A stretch of 64,000 bases of DNA, taken from contig OZ252149.1 of NCBI GenBank assembly GCA_965248755.1, forward strand, positions 2,688,001 through 2,752,000, in the 5' to 3' direction. The stretch is from Candidatus Latescibacterota bacterium. GTDB taxonomy: Bacteria > Latescibacterota > CBDEFO01. The notes under the pieces were generated by a model. It worked only from the letters and a program-made list of their open reading frames with translations, had not been told where the DNA came from and made no database searches. The translations under genes and the position numbers were made by a program. Shown here in pieces: positions 42,517 through 53,047 of the stretch. The stretch's first letter is position 1; each line of letters starts with the position of its first letter.

Positions 42517-43676
42517 GATTAAAGAGCGGATACTCTGCTCTATTTGTCTGTCTTTCTTTTCTTTGGGGGTGTGGGGAAAATCAGATCAAAGTTGAAATAA
42601 GGGGAACAGAAGGAAAGGTGAGGGTCCACGCTGAGGACATCGTGATAAATTTCAGCGAGTTAGTTCAGGGCGAGTATCTCTTCACAGGTGAGTACATCCT
42701 TAGTGGTGAACTAAGGAGCGGTGTCTACCCTATATCAGCGGCAGTGGGCACTTATTTGGAGGGTAAGGAGGTTAAAGTCGATGGCAAACCTATCCTGCCG
42801 TGGAGCGTGAATATCTATGCTGTCTCATTCGACGTGCCTCCGGGAATGCATGACATGGACATGAAAGGAACTATAGCATTTGCTACTAATATGGAGGGAG
42901 ACCACAATTGGGAGGTATATTCGATCAATGTGGACGGCTCAAATATGAAGAACCTGTCGCAAGATGCGGGATCGGACAGCGAACCTGTGTGGTCGCCCGA
43001 TGGAACGAAGATAGCCTTTGTAACGGATAGAAATAAGGGCATGTTAAATAAAGATATATACGTAATGGATGCTGATGGCTCGAATCAGATCCAGCTTACT
43101 ACTTATCAGGATAAGGACTACAACCCTGCCTGGTCTCCCGATGGGGAGAGAGTCGTCTTTGTGAGCGACAGGGCAAAAAAGCCGCAGATATTTATTATGA
43201 ACTCTGACGGAAGCGGCATAGAAAAGATCAACGACGGAAAGGGCTCAGCAAGGAGTCCCTCCTTTACGCCTGATGGCAAGAGGATTGTATTTCAAAGCGA
43301 CAGGAACGGTTATGACGATATATATTCTATGAACATAGACGGATCGGATATTGTGCAGTTGACAAATCATAAGGAGTACGACTGGTTCCCAGCTTGGTCT
43401 CCGGATGGATCAAAGATACTATTTTCTTCCAGCAGAAAGGGCGCACGGGAGATATACGTAATGATGAAGGACGGAAGATGGAAGACGAGGCTCACCAAGA
43501 CTGAGGATTACTACGAATGGTCCCCCGTGTGGTCGCCGGACGGCAAGGGACTTGCGTTTGCAGGCAATGCAGACGGGGATTACGAAATCTACATAATGAA
43601 CACATCAGGGGAGGGCTTGAAGAAGATCACAGATAACAGTAGTGATGAACGGTATCCCAGTTGGAGAGGCTTTTGA
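42513..43676 (+). CDS. TolB-like PD40 beta-propeller lipoprotein
   Basis: Lipobox LWGC; repeated PAWSPDG..IAF motifs. Confidence 0.88.
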   Translation: MRLKSGYSALFVCLSFLWGCGENQIKVEIRGTEGKVRVHAEDIVINFSELVQGEYLFTGEYILSGELRSGVYPISAAVGTYLEGKEVKVDGKPILPWSVNIYAVSFDVPPGMHDMDMKGTIAFATNMEGDHNWEVYSINVDGSNMKNLSQDAGSDSEPVWSPDGTKIAFVTDRNKGMLNKDIYVMDADGSNQIQLTTYQDKDYNPAWSPDGERVVFVSDRAKKPQIFIMNSDGSGIEKINDGKGSARSPSFTPDGKRIVFQSDRNGYDDIYSMNIDGSDIVQLTNHKEYDWFPAWSPDGSKILFSSSRKGAREIYVMMKDGRWKTRLTKTEDYYEWSPVWSPDGKGLAFAGNADGDYEIYIMNTSGEGLKKITDNSSDERYPSWRGF

Positions 43677-43807
43677 AAAGCCTTTGAGATTTGCTCAATT
43701 TCCAAGAAAATATCTAAATTCTTGAAACAAGAATAGTCAAAGGTAAGTCCTAATTAAATAAAGGTGTGTCTTAATCTCTTTACAACGTTAGGAAAGGAGG
43801 GAGTCGG

Positions 43808-44521
43808 ATGAAGGTAAAATACACGTGGGGGGCATGGTTAGCTGTTGGAGTCTTCCTGCTTCTGGGGTGCGCTTCGACAGGTAAGTCCAGCAAAGAGTCC
43901 CGATGGGAGACGATACCGGAGGGCAAAGGGCACCTTATCCTGGAGGCCGGAGGGATTCCCGAGCTCGATTTCAGGATTGTAGACCAAGCCACAGATGACG
44001 TGGTGGTCAAGCACGTTGGAAGGGGAAGTGGCTGGGCTCGTTCTCCGAGAACTTACGAGAAGTCCTTTCAGGAGTCCGGGCTTCAGGAATTCGTGGATCC
44101 GGGGGTATATAAGGTGGTAGTCGATACAGACTTAGATCGGGATGACCCGATCGTGATTGAAGATGTGGTTATAACGGCGGGACAGCGAAAGTATATCAGA
44201 ATTCCTGTGGGGAGATTCAGCGTAATCGTCACACAGATTTCCGGCTCCGGAGACACTCAAACGTCTCGGAAGGTCCAGATGCCCTTTACAGTTTTGGATT
44301 ACGGTTTGGACACGGTCCTTATGACAAGGGGGATGACATCCACACAGGTTAAATACTTTGTCGTTCCTGTGGGTGCTTATAGGGTCAAATTAGAACGCCG
44401 GGGACCCCGTGGTACGGACTCACAGCAGCATATCAAGGACCTGGCCATCAAATTCGGACAGGTGTGGCCTGTTCAGATCGAATTAGGAGAAACTACCGCA
44501 CAACCTGAAGAGGGACAGTAG
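43808..44521 (+). CDS. Hypothetical lipoprotein
   Basis: AGGAGG RBS; lipobox LLGC. Confidence 0.75.
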   Translation: MKVKYTWGAWLAVGVFLLLGCASTGKSSKESRWETIPEGKGHLILEAGGIPELDFRIVDQATDDVVVKHVGRGSGWARSPRTYEKSFQESGLQEFVDPGVYKVVVDTDLDRDDPIVIEDVVITAGQRKYIRIPVGRFSVIVTQISGSGDTQTSRKVQMPFTVLDYGLDTVLMTRGMTSTQVKYFVVPVGAYRVKLERRGPRGTDSQQHIKDLAIKFGQVWPVQIELGETTAQPEEGQ

Positions 44522-44560
44522 CAGCAAACCAGGGTGCTAAATTCTATTTATGGAGATGAA

Positions 44561-45145
44561 ATGAAAAGGCTTGAGGTCGTACTATTAATTGCGCTCCTTG
44601 TCTCGGTTATCTCCTCAAATTTGTACGCCGGACCGAGAGCCACTGTGGTGGACAGATTAGGAAACAGATTCGAGGTCTCCAATCTGAAGTACTACGGAAG
44701 GCAGAGCTTCGACTTCATAACAAGGGATGGAAGGAAGAGATTGAAGTTTGAGAAGATGAAAAAGATACAGTTTATGGGTGAAAGGAACGATGAGGAGCAG
44801 ACCGTGGTTATTACTCTTCCGGACGGAAAGACCATCTCCGCTACGAAGTTTGTGGGGAGTTCGGACAGATATCAAGGTGGGGGCTCAGGCGCTCGGGCAC
44901 TCGGATCTGGTATGTACCTTTCGGGTCAGACAAAGTTAGGGAAATTCGAACTGAATCTGAAGGATACTAAAGAGATCATTATCCATCACTACCAATTGGT
45001 AAGGAAATGTCCGGTGGACAACAGAATCTTCGAACAGAAAGGGTACAGATTTTGCCCATATCATGGAGAAAGGCTGGAGGAGATAGAGCAGAAAGAAGGT
45101 AAAGCAAAGTCTTCTGAGGTTGAGTCGAAGTCAGATAACAAGTGA
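44561..45145 (+). CDS. Secreted hypothetical protein with C-terminal CPxD...CPxH motif
   Basis: Signal peptide; CPVD..FCPYHG. Confidence 0.7.
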   Translation: MKRLEVVLLIALLVSVISSNLYAGPRATVVDRLGNRFEVSNLKYYGRQSFDFITRDGRKRLKFEKMKKIQFMGERNDEEQTVVITLPDGKTISATKFVGSSDRYQGGGSGARALGSGMYLSGQTKLGKFELNLKDTKEIIIHHYQLVRKCPVDNRIFEQKGYRFCPYHGERLEEIEQKEGKAKSSEVESKSDNK

Positions 45146-45165
45146 ACGCTGTGCGCAAAAAAACC

Positions 45166-45194
45166 TTGACAAATCACTCTGCTTGTTATATTTT
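45166..45194 (+). promoter_or_regulatory. Sigma70-type promoter
   Basis: TTGACA then TGTTATATTTT, preceded by an A-tract. Confidence 0.6.
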
Positions 45195-45209
45195 ATAGCG
45201 TTAAACATG

Positions 45210-45574
45210 TATCGTGCCGTAGCGAAGTGAAGTTTGGCTTGTGCCTTGATCTCCCAGAATACAGACTATACGGGGTCTGTAGGAGATGGCAAGGTCTGGG
45301 AGAGCATGGGTAAACCTGTTCCAGTTCGAATGAGAGAGTTAATATACCTGTAAGTAATTAGTTGTCGGAAAGACCATCACCCAAAAGGGCCTCCAGAAAG
45401 CCGGTGTGGGCACGTCGCGCGTTGCTGGAAACCGTCTTTCCAGTAGGTATTAAGTTACAGCAACCCGCAAATGGGCGGCGTGGTCACTTTGCTTGGCAGG
45501 TAGGAAGCCACGAAGTGGTCGGAGAACTTGCTTGGGGGAAAAACGTATCAACTTCACAGCGAGGGGTATCTACG
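45210..45574 (+). ncRNA. Candidate large structured leader or ncRNA (family not recognised)
   Basis: Multiple nested complementary segments; see findings. Confidence 0.45.
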
Positions 45575-46318
45575 ATGAAGCTTATAAGCTATCTTAAGTG
45601 GACAGTGGTTCTAGCAATGCCTTTGGGTCTCTTCGGATGCGGCTATCGTTACTATGCGGGTCCCTTGGAACCACTGGATGAGTCTCGCCAGACCTCAGGA
45701 TCTCAGGTGTTCGACGATGGAACAGTTACCTATGCTATGGACAGACTTGAAATTAGTCTGAGACCTATGACTGACGAGGAGTTGAATAGACAATTTGCGT
45801 CTGATTCTCAAAGTGGAGCCAGATCCACTAATCCCTATACATTCGGCAACTCGCAATACTGGGCTTTAAGAGAGACTCCTCAGAGGTTTACGGTAATGGA
45901 TCTCAGAGTTAAGAACTACGAGTTTGCCAAGATGCAGCTGGACCCTTCAAACATATTCATGACTACAGGAAACGGCAGGGAATACTCTTCTCTCAGCCTG
46001 CAGCAATTGGATACATACTATAGGATTTATGCTACAGGGTATAGAGGGAACGAGTTTGCCGAGTATGACCAAAGAAGGGATATCTTGGACAGAACTATGT
46101 TCCCTCCAGATCCCATCTTCAGCGGCCTGGAGGAGCAGGGATACGTGATCTTTGAGAGGCTTCACGACGACGTAAAGGATATCAAAGTCCTTATTAAGGA
46201 TATAGTTTTGCGGTTCGATTTCAGGGGAGAACCAGCGGAGACAGCGGACGTGGAGTTTTTCTTCCAAAGGGAGACAGGTAAGGTCTACAAGGACGGCAGA
46301 AAGGTTGTAAAGAATTGA
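45575..46318 (+). CDS. Hypothetical lipoprotein
   Basis: GAGGGG RBS, lipobox LFGC. Confidence 0.75.
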   Translation: MKLISYLKWTVVLAMPLGLFGCGYRYYAGPLEPLDESRQTSGSQVFDDGTVTYAMDRLEISLRPMTDEELNRQFASDSQSGARSTNPYTFGNSQYWALRETPQRFTVMDLRVKNYEFAKMQLDPSNIFMTTGNGREYSSLSLQQLDTYYRIYATGYRGNEFAEYDQRRDILDRTMFPPDPIFSGLEEQGYVIFERLHDDVKDIKVLIKDIVLRFDFRGEPAETADVEFFFQRETGKVYKDGRKVVKN

Positions 46319-46396
46319 TGAGAGGTTATTTATATGACCTGTTGAATGAATCAAGAGGGAATTTTCATCTTTAAAGGCAGAAAGGAGTGAATCCCT

Positions 46397-47338
46397 ATGT
46401 ACAGGTTGCTAAGCATTATGTTCGTGACCACATTATTTGTGGCATTTGGATATGGTCAGGTGTACGGTTTTTTAGATGCTGGGACACAGGCCAGGTCTAT
46501 GGCGATGGGAGGTAGTTTTGTGGCGGTGGCGGACGATCAGGATGCGATTTTTTTGAATCCGTCGGGTCTTGATCAGATAGAAGGGAAGGTCGCTTCGTAT
46601 ACGAATGTGAGTTTACTGTTGACAGGAGTGGAGGGAGATAATTTGGGTCAGCACATACTGACTTACGTTCATCCTCTTGGTGGTAATGTGGGTACATTGG
46701 GTTTTGGGTATCAGCGGGTGGGGAGTGACAGTTTTAATGAGAATGGATTTACGGCAAGTTGGGGGAAGGAGTTTGGCAGGGGTATTAGCCTTGGTTTGGG
46801 GTTGAGTTATTTGTGGTGGAGTGTGGGGGACATACCGCCTGATGGAGGTAGGGCGGATCCGTTGTCTGGGGAGAGCAGTGGGAATATAGGAGTAGACATA
46901 GGTGGATTATGGAGGAGTCCTTGGGATTTTAGTTTGGGGTTATTTTTGAAGGACATAAATGAACCGGATATATCCAAGGATGGGGGTAATATAGCTGGGC
47001 AATCTGATGCGGGCAAGTTGCCGTTTGACATACATTTTGGTGGTAGTTATCGTCTTGAGAGGGGTTTATTGAGTGTAGATTATGTAGTAATGGATGTAGG
47101 TGGGGAGGGAGATACCGACACGAGGTTATTTTTTGGGGGTGAGGCAGAGTTGGTAGAGGGGTTTAGTCTGCGTGCGGGAGGCAATAGGATATTTGAGGAG
47201 GGGAGCAAGGGTGGAGGAAATGTGGGGTTGGGATATGAGTTTGCCAATGGGTTAGATTTTGATTATAGTTACAATATTCCTTTAGATGCGGTGGAGACTG
47301 AAGGCAGTCACCGATTCAGCTTCGGATATAAATTCTAG
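46397..47338 (+). CDS. PorV/PorQ-like (FadL-superfamily) outer-membrane beta-barrel, copy 1
   Basis: ARSMAMGGSFVAVADD..A.F.NPSGL N-terminal motif; ends HRFSFGYKF. Confidence 0.8.
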   Translation: MYRLLSIMFVTTLFVAFGYGQVYGFLDAGTQARSMAMGGSFVAVADDQDAIFLNPSGLDQIEGKVASYTNVSLLLTGVEGDNLGQHILTYVHPLGGNVGTLGFGYQRVGSDSFNENGFTASWGKEFGRGISLGLGLSYLWWSVGDIPPDGGRADPLSGESSGNIGVDIGGLWRSPWDFSLGLFLKDINEPDISKDGGNIAGQSDAGKLPFDIHFGGSYRLERGLLSVDYVVMDVGGEGDTDTRLFFGGEAELVEGFSLRAGGNRIFEEGSKGGGNVGLGYEFANGLDFDYSYNIPLDAVETEGSHRFSFGYKF

Positions 47339-47380
47339 CTTGTGATTCAGGTAATCAGGGTCGATTAAGGAGGGAAAGAC

Positions 47381-50300
47381 ATGTCGGCGGGCATAATTAT
47401 ACTTATAGCGGCTGGGATAGCTGGATTCGGAAGCAGTTTGTTTTTGCCTGTCCCGCAGAGCCTCAGAACGCATTTCGATGCCGCTCAAGAGTTCTACGTC
47501 CTTGGAGAGTACCAGTACGCCATTAACGAGTACTCCAAGATCACCGATTTCGACAGTAAGGTTGTGGATGAGGACAAAATAGAGGTGGAGTTTCTTGGCG
47601 GGCAGGAGCTCCCCATCAAGGATGCTGCGTGGTATCAACTCGGCCAGTCGTATAAAAAGAGCGATCGGTTCGACCAGGCGACAGATGCCTTCAGGCAAGT
47701 TATTGAAAGTCCAACAGTAGCCGAGGACTTTAAAGCCACCGTGCAGTTTGAAATCGCCAACACAAGGTTCCTAAGAGGAGAATTTGCAGAAGCTGCAGAA
47801 GAGTACGACACTTATAGAGAGATATTCCCTAACTCTCATAAAGTCGGAGAGGCCTTCTTCAGGGGAGGATGGAGCCGATTTAAGATGGGGAGCTATGATG
47901 ATGCTATAGCCACATTAGAGGATATGCTTGCAGACTATGCCGATGACAAGTTCGCTCCTGATGCGCAGTTCAGGATAGGCAGTTCATACTTTGAAAAAGG
48001 GGAGTACGAAAGGGCTATTGAGATGTGCTCTAGGGTTCTGCAAAATTACCCTGAGAGTACTACGATAGCCAACGCCACTTATCTGAGAGCCAACAGTCTG
48101 GATAAGATGGAAAGGAGCGATGAAGCAATAGAGTCTTATCAAGAGGTCATAGACCTCTACGAGAGGATGTTCGATCTGCTGCGGGCTTCGTTTCGAGAGG
48201 GCAAGAACGTAGACTTCGACGAATACAACAAACTCTTTCAAACCTCCTTTCTGAGGATAGCTGAGATACAAAGAGCCAACGGAGATTTCGATAAAGCCTT
48301 AACGACATATATTCTGGCCCAGGAGAAGGTGGAGGAAAGATCCTCTATAGCTGGCATCCAGATGAGAATCGGCGATAATTACAAGGCCTGGGGCGTCCAG
48401 GATAAGACTAAATACGACGATGCATGGGAAGCTTATAACAAGGTGATAACGCTCTATGCAGGCACGGAGCTTCCCCCAAGCGCTCAGTATAACAAGGGTG
48501 AGTCCAGGTACCTTGCTGGCAAATACGAAGAAGCTCGAAACGACTATTTGAAGCTGCAGGACGATTATCCCGATACACAGACCGACCTTTTGGCCAACGC
48601 CCTGTACAGCGCAGGGTCGTCCTCAGAAAAGCTCAAGCAGAACGACAGGGCGCTGGAGTTCTACACCCAGGTCGCCGATAGATACCCCCGCTCCGAGAGC
48701 GCTCCTAATTGTCTTTTAAGGATAGGAGGTATTCTAGACTCAAAAGGTGAGGGCGATGAGGCACAGGTTGTCTATCAGAGGATCATCGACAACTACGACG
48801 ACCCCAAGGTCGCAGGAGACGCTAAGTTCTATTTGGGAGTTATCTATAAAGATAAAAAGGACAACCAAAAAGCGCTGCAGCTTTTTGGTGAGGTCCCAAG
48901 AGAGAACGGACGCACCTACATTGCCGCCCTGATGGAAGCGGCAAAGCTTTATACAGAACTGGGAAAGATCCAAGATGCTAAAAGCACAATAGCGGCTATT
49001 CTAGAGGGTGTGGCTGGAGATCCAGAATTGGAGGCTCTCGCCCACTATCAGATCGGAGTCTTAAACGCCAATGCACAGGATTACAGGAGAGCGGTAGATG
49101 AATACTCCATTGTGATAGATAACTATCCTGAGGATAAGCTGGTAAGTAGTGCATATTTTGGACGGGCTTTGGCCCAGCAGCACCTCCAGAGTTTCCAGAA
49201 GTCTCTTTCGGATTATCAGTTCGTATTAAAAAGCGATGAAAGTGAAGAGCTGAAGGTCAAGTCCCTATTTGCGATGGCAATAGTGTACACAGCTTTGGAG
49301 AGGTACGATGAAGCTGATAAGTTCTTAATTGAGGTGGTCGAAAAGGGAGATGAGGGCCTACAGAGGAACGCAAGGCTGCAAAGGGCAGCTATAGCGGAAA
49401 GAGAGGGACCCGAAAAAGCGATAGTACGATACGAAGAAATTCTGGATCAGGAGAAAGACCCTGAGGAAAGGGCAAAGATCTTGCTGCGTCTTGCAAATGC
49501 TTACCTGAAGACAAACAAAATGGAGGATGCGGTTAAGACATCTGACGCACTGATCTCTCTCTTCGAGACGAACCCGGAGGCCACATCGAGCGATCAGATA
49601 GCCTCGGCATTTTATATAAAAGGAAACGTCTACTACCAACAGGAGGATTATTTACGAGCGGCGGAGAACTTCGGAACAGTGGTAAGAGACTATCCAAATG
49701 CCGTAATAGCCTTAAACTCTCTGCTTCAGCAGGGACTTTCGTATTTCAACATGGACGTTGAGAGGATTGACGAAAGTATAGAGGCGTTTGAGAAATTCTA
49801 CCAGAAGTATCCGGACAATGAAAACGCTCCTTCTGCTCACTACTACGCAGCGTGGGGGAACTATCGAAGGGGGACGTGGCAGCAAGCGTCCGACACATTC
49901 CAGACGCTTGCGAGAAGCTATCCCCAAAGCAGATACGCTGCCGAAGCCCTTTACAGGTCGAGTGAAGCCAACTTCAATCTGCAGAAATTTGAGGAGTCGC
50001 TGGATCTCTTTCAGAGCGTCCTTGATAAATATCCTGATTCTCCTTACGTAGTTGACGCTCTGTATTCCAAGGCTTGGTCTTTTGTGCGTCTTGAACGAAC
50101 AGAGGAAGCGGTTCCGGTCTTTGAGAAGATTGTAGCTGAGCATAAGGACTCCAGATACGGTGAGAACAGCCAATTCACGCTGGGAGATTATTACTACGGA
50201 AAGGAGGACTACGAAAACGCAGCCAATGAGTACGAGAAATATATCAGCTTCTTCCCAAAAGGCGAGCTTGTTCCAAAGGCCAATTACCTTTTAGGTCATT

Positions 50301-50599
50301 TAGCTGAGATCAATGCGTACAGACTCTATCAACAGGGAGAAAAGCTGTTCGACGAGGAAAATTACGATGAGGCAATAGCGATATTCAAGCGTGTAAGAGA
50401 CGAGTTTCCTACCAGCGATACAGCGGTCAATGCTATGACTAATATGGGGGCGGCTTATCAATCCAGAGAGGATTATGGCGAAGCGGCTGAGATCTACAAG
50501 GAGCTTGTTCAGAAGTACGGGGATGATCCCAAGTACATTCCACAAACGGAATTTGCCAAGTCTCAAATAACGGCTTTGCAAGAGGCTGGAGCTATTTAA
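47381..50599 (+). CDS. Large TPR protein (BamD/CpoB-type repeats)
   Basis: Many A..Y..G....YP.S repeats over 1072 aa; N-terminal anchor or signal. Confidence 0.88.
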   Translation: MSAGIIILIAAGIAGFGSSLFLPVPQSLRTHFDAAQEFYVLGEYQYAINEYSKITDFDSKVVDEDKIEVEFLGGQELPIKDAAWYQLGQSYKKSDRFDQATDAFRQVIESPTVAEDFKATVQFEIANTRFLRGEFAEAAEEYDTYREIFPNSHKVGEAFFRGGWSRFKMGSYDDAIATLEDMLADYADDKFAPDAQFRIGSSYFEKGEYERAIEMCSRVLQNYPESTTIANATYLRANSLDKMERSDEAIESYQEVIDLYERMFDLLRASFREGKNVDFDEYNKLFQTSFLRIAEIQRANGDFDKALTTYILAQEKVEERSSIAGIQMRIGDNYKAWGVQDKTKYDDAWEAYNKVITLYAGTELPPSAQYNKGESRYLAGKYEEARNDYLKLQDDYPDTQTDLLANALYSAGSSSEKLKQNDRALEFYTQVADRYPRSESAPNCLLRIGGILDSKGEGDEAQVVYQRIIDNYDDPKVAGDAKFYLGVIYKDKKDNQKALQLFGEVPRENGRTYIAALMEAAKLYTELGKIQDAKSTIAAILEGVAGDPELEALAHYQIGVLNANAQDYRRAVDEYSIVIDNYPEDKLVSSAYFGRALAQQHLQSFQKSLSDYQFVLKSDESEELKVKSLFAMAIVYTALERYDEADKFLIEVVEKGDEGLQRNARLQRAAIAEREGPEKAIVRYEEILDQEKDPEERAKILLRLANAYLKTNKMEDAVKTSDALISLFETNPEATSSDQIASAFYIKGNVYYQQEDYLRAAENFGTVVRDYPNAVIALNSLLQQGLSYFNMDVERIDESIEAFEKFYQKYPDNENAPSAHYYAAWGNYRRGTWQQASDTFQTLARSYPQSRYAAEALYRSSEANFNLQKFEESLDLFQSVLDKYPDSPYVVDALYSKAWSFVRLERTEEAVPVFEKIVAEHKDSRYGENSQFTLGDYYYGKEDYENAANEYEKYISFFPKGELVPKANYLLGHLAEINAYRLYQQGEKLFDEENYDEAIAIFKRVRDEFPTSDTAVNAMTNMGAAYQSREDYGEAAEIYKELVQKYGDDPKYIPQTEFAKSQITALQEAGAI

Positions 50600-50629
50600 C
50601 GACGAAATCTTTAAGAGGAGGGTTTTCAA

Positions 50630-51289
50630 ATGGTCAGACTCTTCAATGAGGGCGGTCCCTTTATGTGGTTATTGCTGGCGTGGTCTATCGGCGTGTTGGG
50701 CTTTGCCCTCGAGCGCTTCTTTACCTACTGGAGAACCAGGAGTGAGGATGGCATCTCTCGGGTGACTTCAGATCTTATCGCTCAGGTGGAATCCGGAGCC
50801 GGTACAGAGGAGCTTGAGGGTGGGTGCGAAGCCCTGGGCAGGCTCGAAGGCGCCGCCTTGGGAGCAGGTTGTGATCGCTACCGTCACCTATCGACGGAAC
50901 AGAGGTCTTTGGAGGAGATGAGACAGGAGTTGAATGCGACTGTAGAGAGGGCATCGGTGAGCTATTTGGAGAGGTACCTTCCAGTGATAGCCTTTGTGGC
51001 ATCCTCATCTGTGCTTCTGGGACTGCTCGGCACGGTACGAGGGATGATCGTGGCTTTCCGCGGCATCGCCGAGAAGGGATTGGGTGAGCCGACTATCGTA
51101 GCTGCCGGAATCTCCGAGGCACTCATCACAACGGTAACGGGCCTGGTGATCGCCATTCCGGCCATCGCGATACACTCCTACTTCGCAGCGAAAGCCCAGA
51201 CGAAAGCTATCCAGTTTGAGCCCTACGGACATCTGTTCGTGGACTCTCTTCTGAGGAGATGGGCAAGCGGAAAGGCTTCCGAGGCGTAG
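50630..51289 (+). CDS. MotA/TolQ/ExbB proton channel protein
   Basis: LLGLLGTV.GMI.AF, GISEALITT.TGL.IAIPA. Confidence 0.95.
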   Translation: MVRLFNEGGPFMWLLLAWSIGVLGFALERFFTYWRTRSEDGISRVTSDLIAQVESGAGTEELEGGCEALGRLEGAALGAGCDRYRHLSTEQRSLEEMRQELNATVERASVSYLERYLPVIAFVASSSVLLGLLGTVRGMIVAFRGIAEKGLGEPTIVAAGISEALITTVTGLVIAIPAIAIHSYFAAKAQTKAIQFEPYGHLFVDSLLRRWASGKASEA

Positions 51290-51373
51290 ACAGAAAGCCA
51301 CAGAACCACGTCCCAGATGGAAGCGCGGGGGGGCTATGAGTGTGGCGCTTCCGTAGTTAAGGAGGTCAAAGAT

Positions 51374-51796
51374 ATGGCTATAAAACGGAAGGAAAGCAAG
51401 GCTGAAGAACTTAATCTGACTCCTATGTTAGATGTGATCTTTCAGCTTCTGATCTTTTTCATGGTGACAGCAGTGTTCGCTATAACTCCTGGATTGGACA
51501 TCAAACTGCCGGAGTCCGAGGAGGCCGAAGCGCCCGAAAAGGAGAACCTCTTCATAGTTATAGATGAAGAAGGTGATATGAAGCTGAACCACAAGACGGT
51601 GACTTTTGCCAATTTAAAGGAGGTACTAGGTACCAAGCGCGTACAGTTGGATGATACAACTATGCTGATCATCCAGGGGGATGAAAAGTCATTTCATGGC
51701 CAGGTGGTCAAGGTTATGGACATCGCCAGACAGGTGGGCATAATAGACCTGGTGATAGCGACCGAGCCCCAGAAGAGAATACCGGAGAAAGAGTAG
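51374..51796 (+). CDS. ExbD/TolR family protein
   Basis: NLTPMLDVIFQLLIFFMV. Confidence 0.95.
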   Translation: MAIKRKESKAEELNLTPMLDVIFQLLIFFMVTAVFAITPGLDIKLPESEEAEAPEKENLFIVIDEEGDMKLNHKTVTFANLKEVLGTKRVQLDDTTMLIIQGDEKSFHGQVVKVMDIARQVGIIDLVIATEPQKRIPEKE

Positions 51797-51848
51797 AGAA
51801 TGATTTGTAATCGTCCTTATTGTAGTTTGAAAGGGGGGTAGTGCCACA

Positions 51849-53021
51849 TTGTTTGGTAGACACAGAAAGCTTATAGTATCCTATATAATAGCTGGACTTT
51901 TGCACGTCGCGGCGTTTTATGTCTCATCGGAGTATGAGGGCATCGGTGAGGAAGAAGAGGCCTTCAGGATCAGGTTCATTGCGCCGCCTCCGATTCTGAA
52001 AAAGAGCTTCGAACTTGTCAAGAGACCGGAGATTTCAGAGGTTCAAATGCAGATGCTCCAGACCTTCGCCGAGCCTCAAGCCCCTACGGATATAGCCAGG
52101 GTCAGGGATGTGGCTGGCTTTGGGACTGATCTTTTGAGGGGTGTAGCTCCTTCGATGGCTGCCTTTGGGACGTTTTCCGGAGTCAAAGCGGAAAAATTGG
52201 AACTGGAGCAGGTGGAATTAGTCGCCCTTACCGAAATGGCTACATCAGTTCAGGAAGCGGCCAGCATTAAAGATGAGCTTTTAACGTTGGGAGGTCTGGA
52301 TACGGGAAGGTATAATGCGACCATAATTCTTCCGGATCCTACTGACAAAAGGTCCGTAACAGGATACTTCAACATGACCGTGGTTAAGTACCACCAAATG
52401 AATTTTAACACAGACAGGTTTCCTACCGCGGTGGATGAGTTAATGAGGTATATAAGAGATTACACCAAGATTAACGCTAAGGTGGAAGGAGTTACAATTC
52501 AGCTGTCAGATCGGAGATTGTTCAAAGCTCCTTTTATATATATGACGGGCTCAGACGTGGTGATGCTGCTTTCAGAGACGGAGATAAAGAACTTAGGGGA
52601 ATATCTAAGAAACGGGGGGTTCCTCTTTGCAGATGATATTGTAAAGGGTGCTAACCCTGCTGGTGGTAGAATAGGGACTCCCTTCGACCAACAGATGAAG
52701 AAGGCGCTAAAGGATGCTCTGGGCGCCGACGCTAAGTTTCAAAAGATTCCTAACGATCACCCACTTTACATTGATAACTTTTACGATTTCCCGGACGGTC
52801 CTCCGCTCGGTGGAGCGTCCAATGGGAATGTGTTCAATTTAGAGGGGATATGGCTTAGAGGGAGGTTAGCAGTAGTCTTCAGCGATCTTAATATCAGTTG
52901 GTACTGGGGAGATCCGGATGCGAACGCCAAAGAAAGGGGGCTTCAGTTCGGAGTTAATCTTATAGTCTATGCTCTGACCCAGCCCGGCGGACTGGCTAAC
53001 GTTAGCCAATTCACGCGGTAG
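51849..53021 (+). CDS. DUF4159-domain protein with TonB-like N-terminal anchor
   Basis: TM helix with His (AGLLHV), Pro-containing linker; PFIYMTG, YLRNGGFLFADD, FGVNLIVYAL. Confidence 0.75.
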   Translation: MFGRHRKLIVSYIIAGLLHVAAFYVSSEYEGIGEEEEAFRIRFIAPPPILKKSFELVKRPEISEVQMQMLQTFAEPQAPTDIARVRDVAGFGTDLLRGVAPSMAAFGTFSGVKAEKLELEQVELVALTEMATSVQEAASIKDELLTLGGLDTGRYNATIILPDPTDKRSVTGYFNMTVVKYHQMNFNTDRFPTAVDELMRYIRDYTKINAKVEGVTIQLSDRRLFKAPFIYMTGSDVVMLLSETEIKNLGEYLRNGGFLFADDIVKGANPAGGRIGTPFDQQMKKALKDALGADAKFQKIPNDHPLYIDNFYDFPDGPPLGGASNGNVFNLEGIWLRGRLAVVFSDLNISWYWGDPDANAKERGLQFGVNLIVYALTQPGGLANVSQFTR

Positions 53022-53047
53022 AAAAGAGCAGAAAGGGGTAGATTGCT

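Noticed and set aside
45210..45574. Group II intron or c-di-GMP riboswitch
   Set aside because: Only short resemblances (GTGCC start, GGTAAACC); no domain V or complete GEMM motif.
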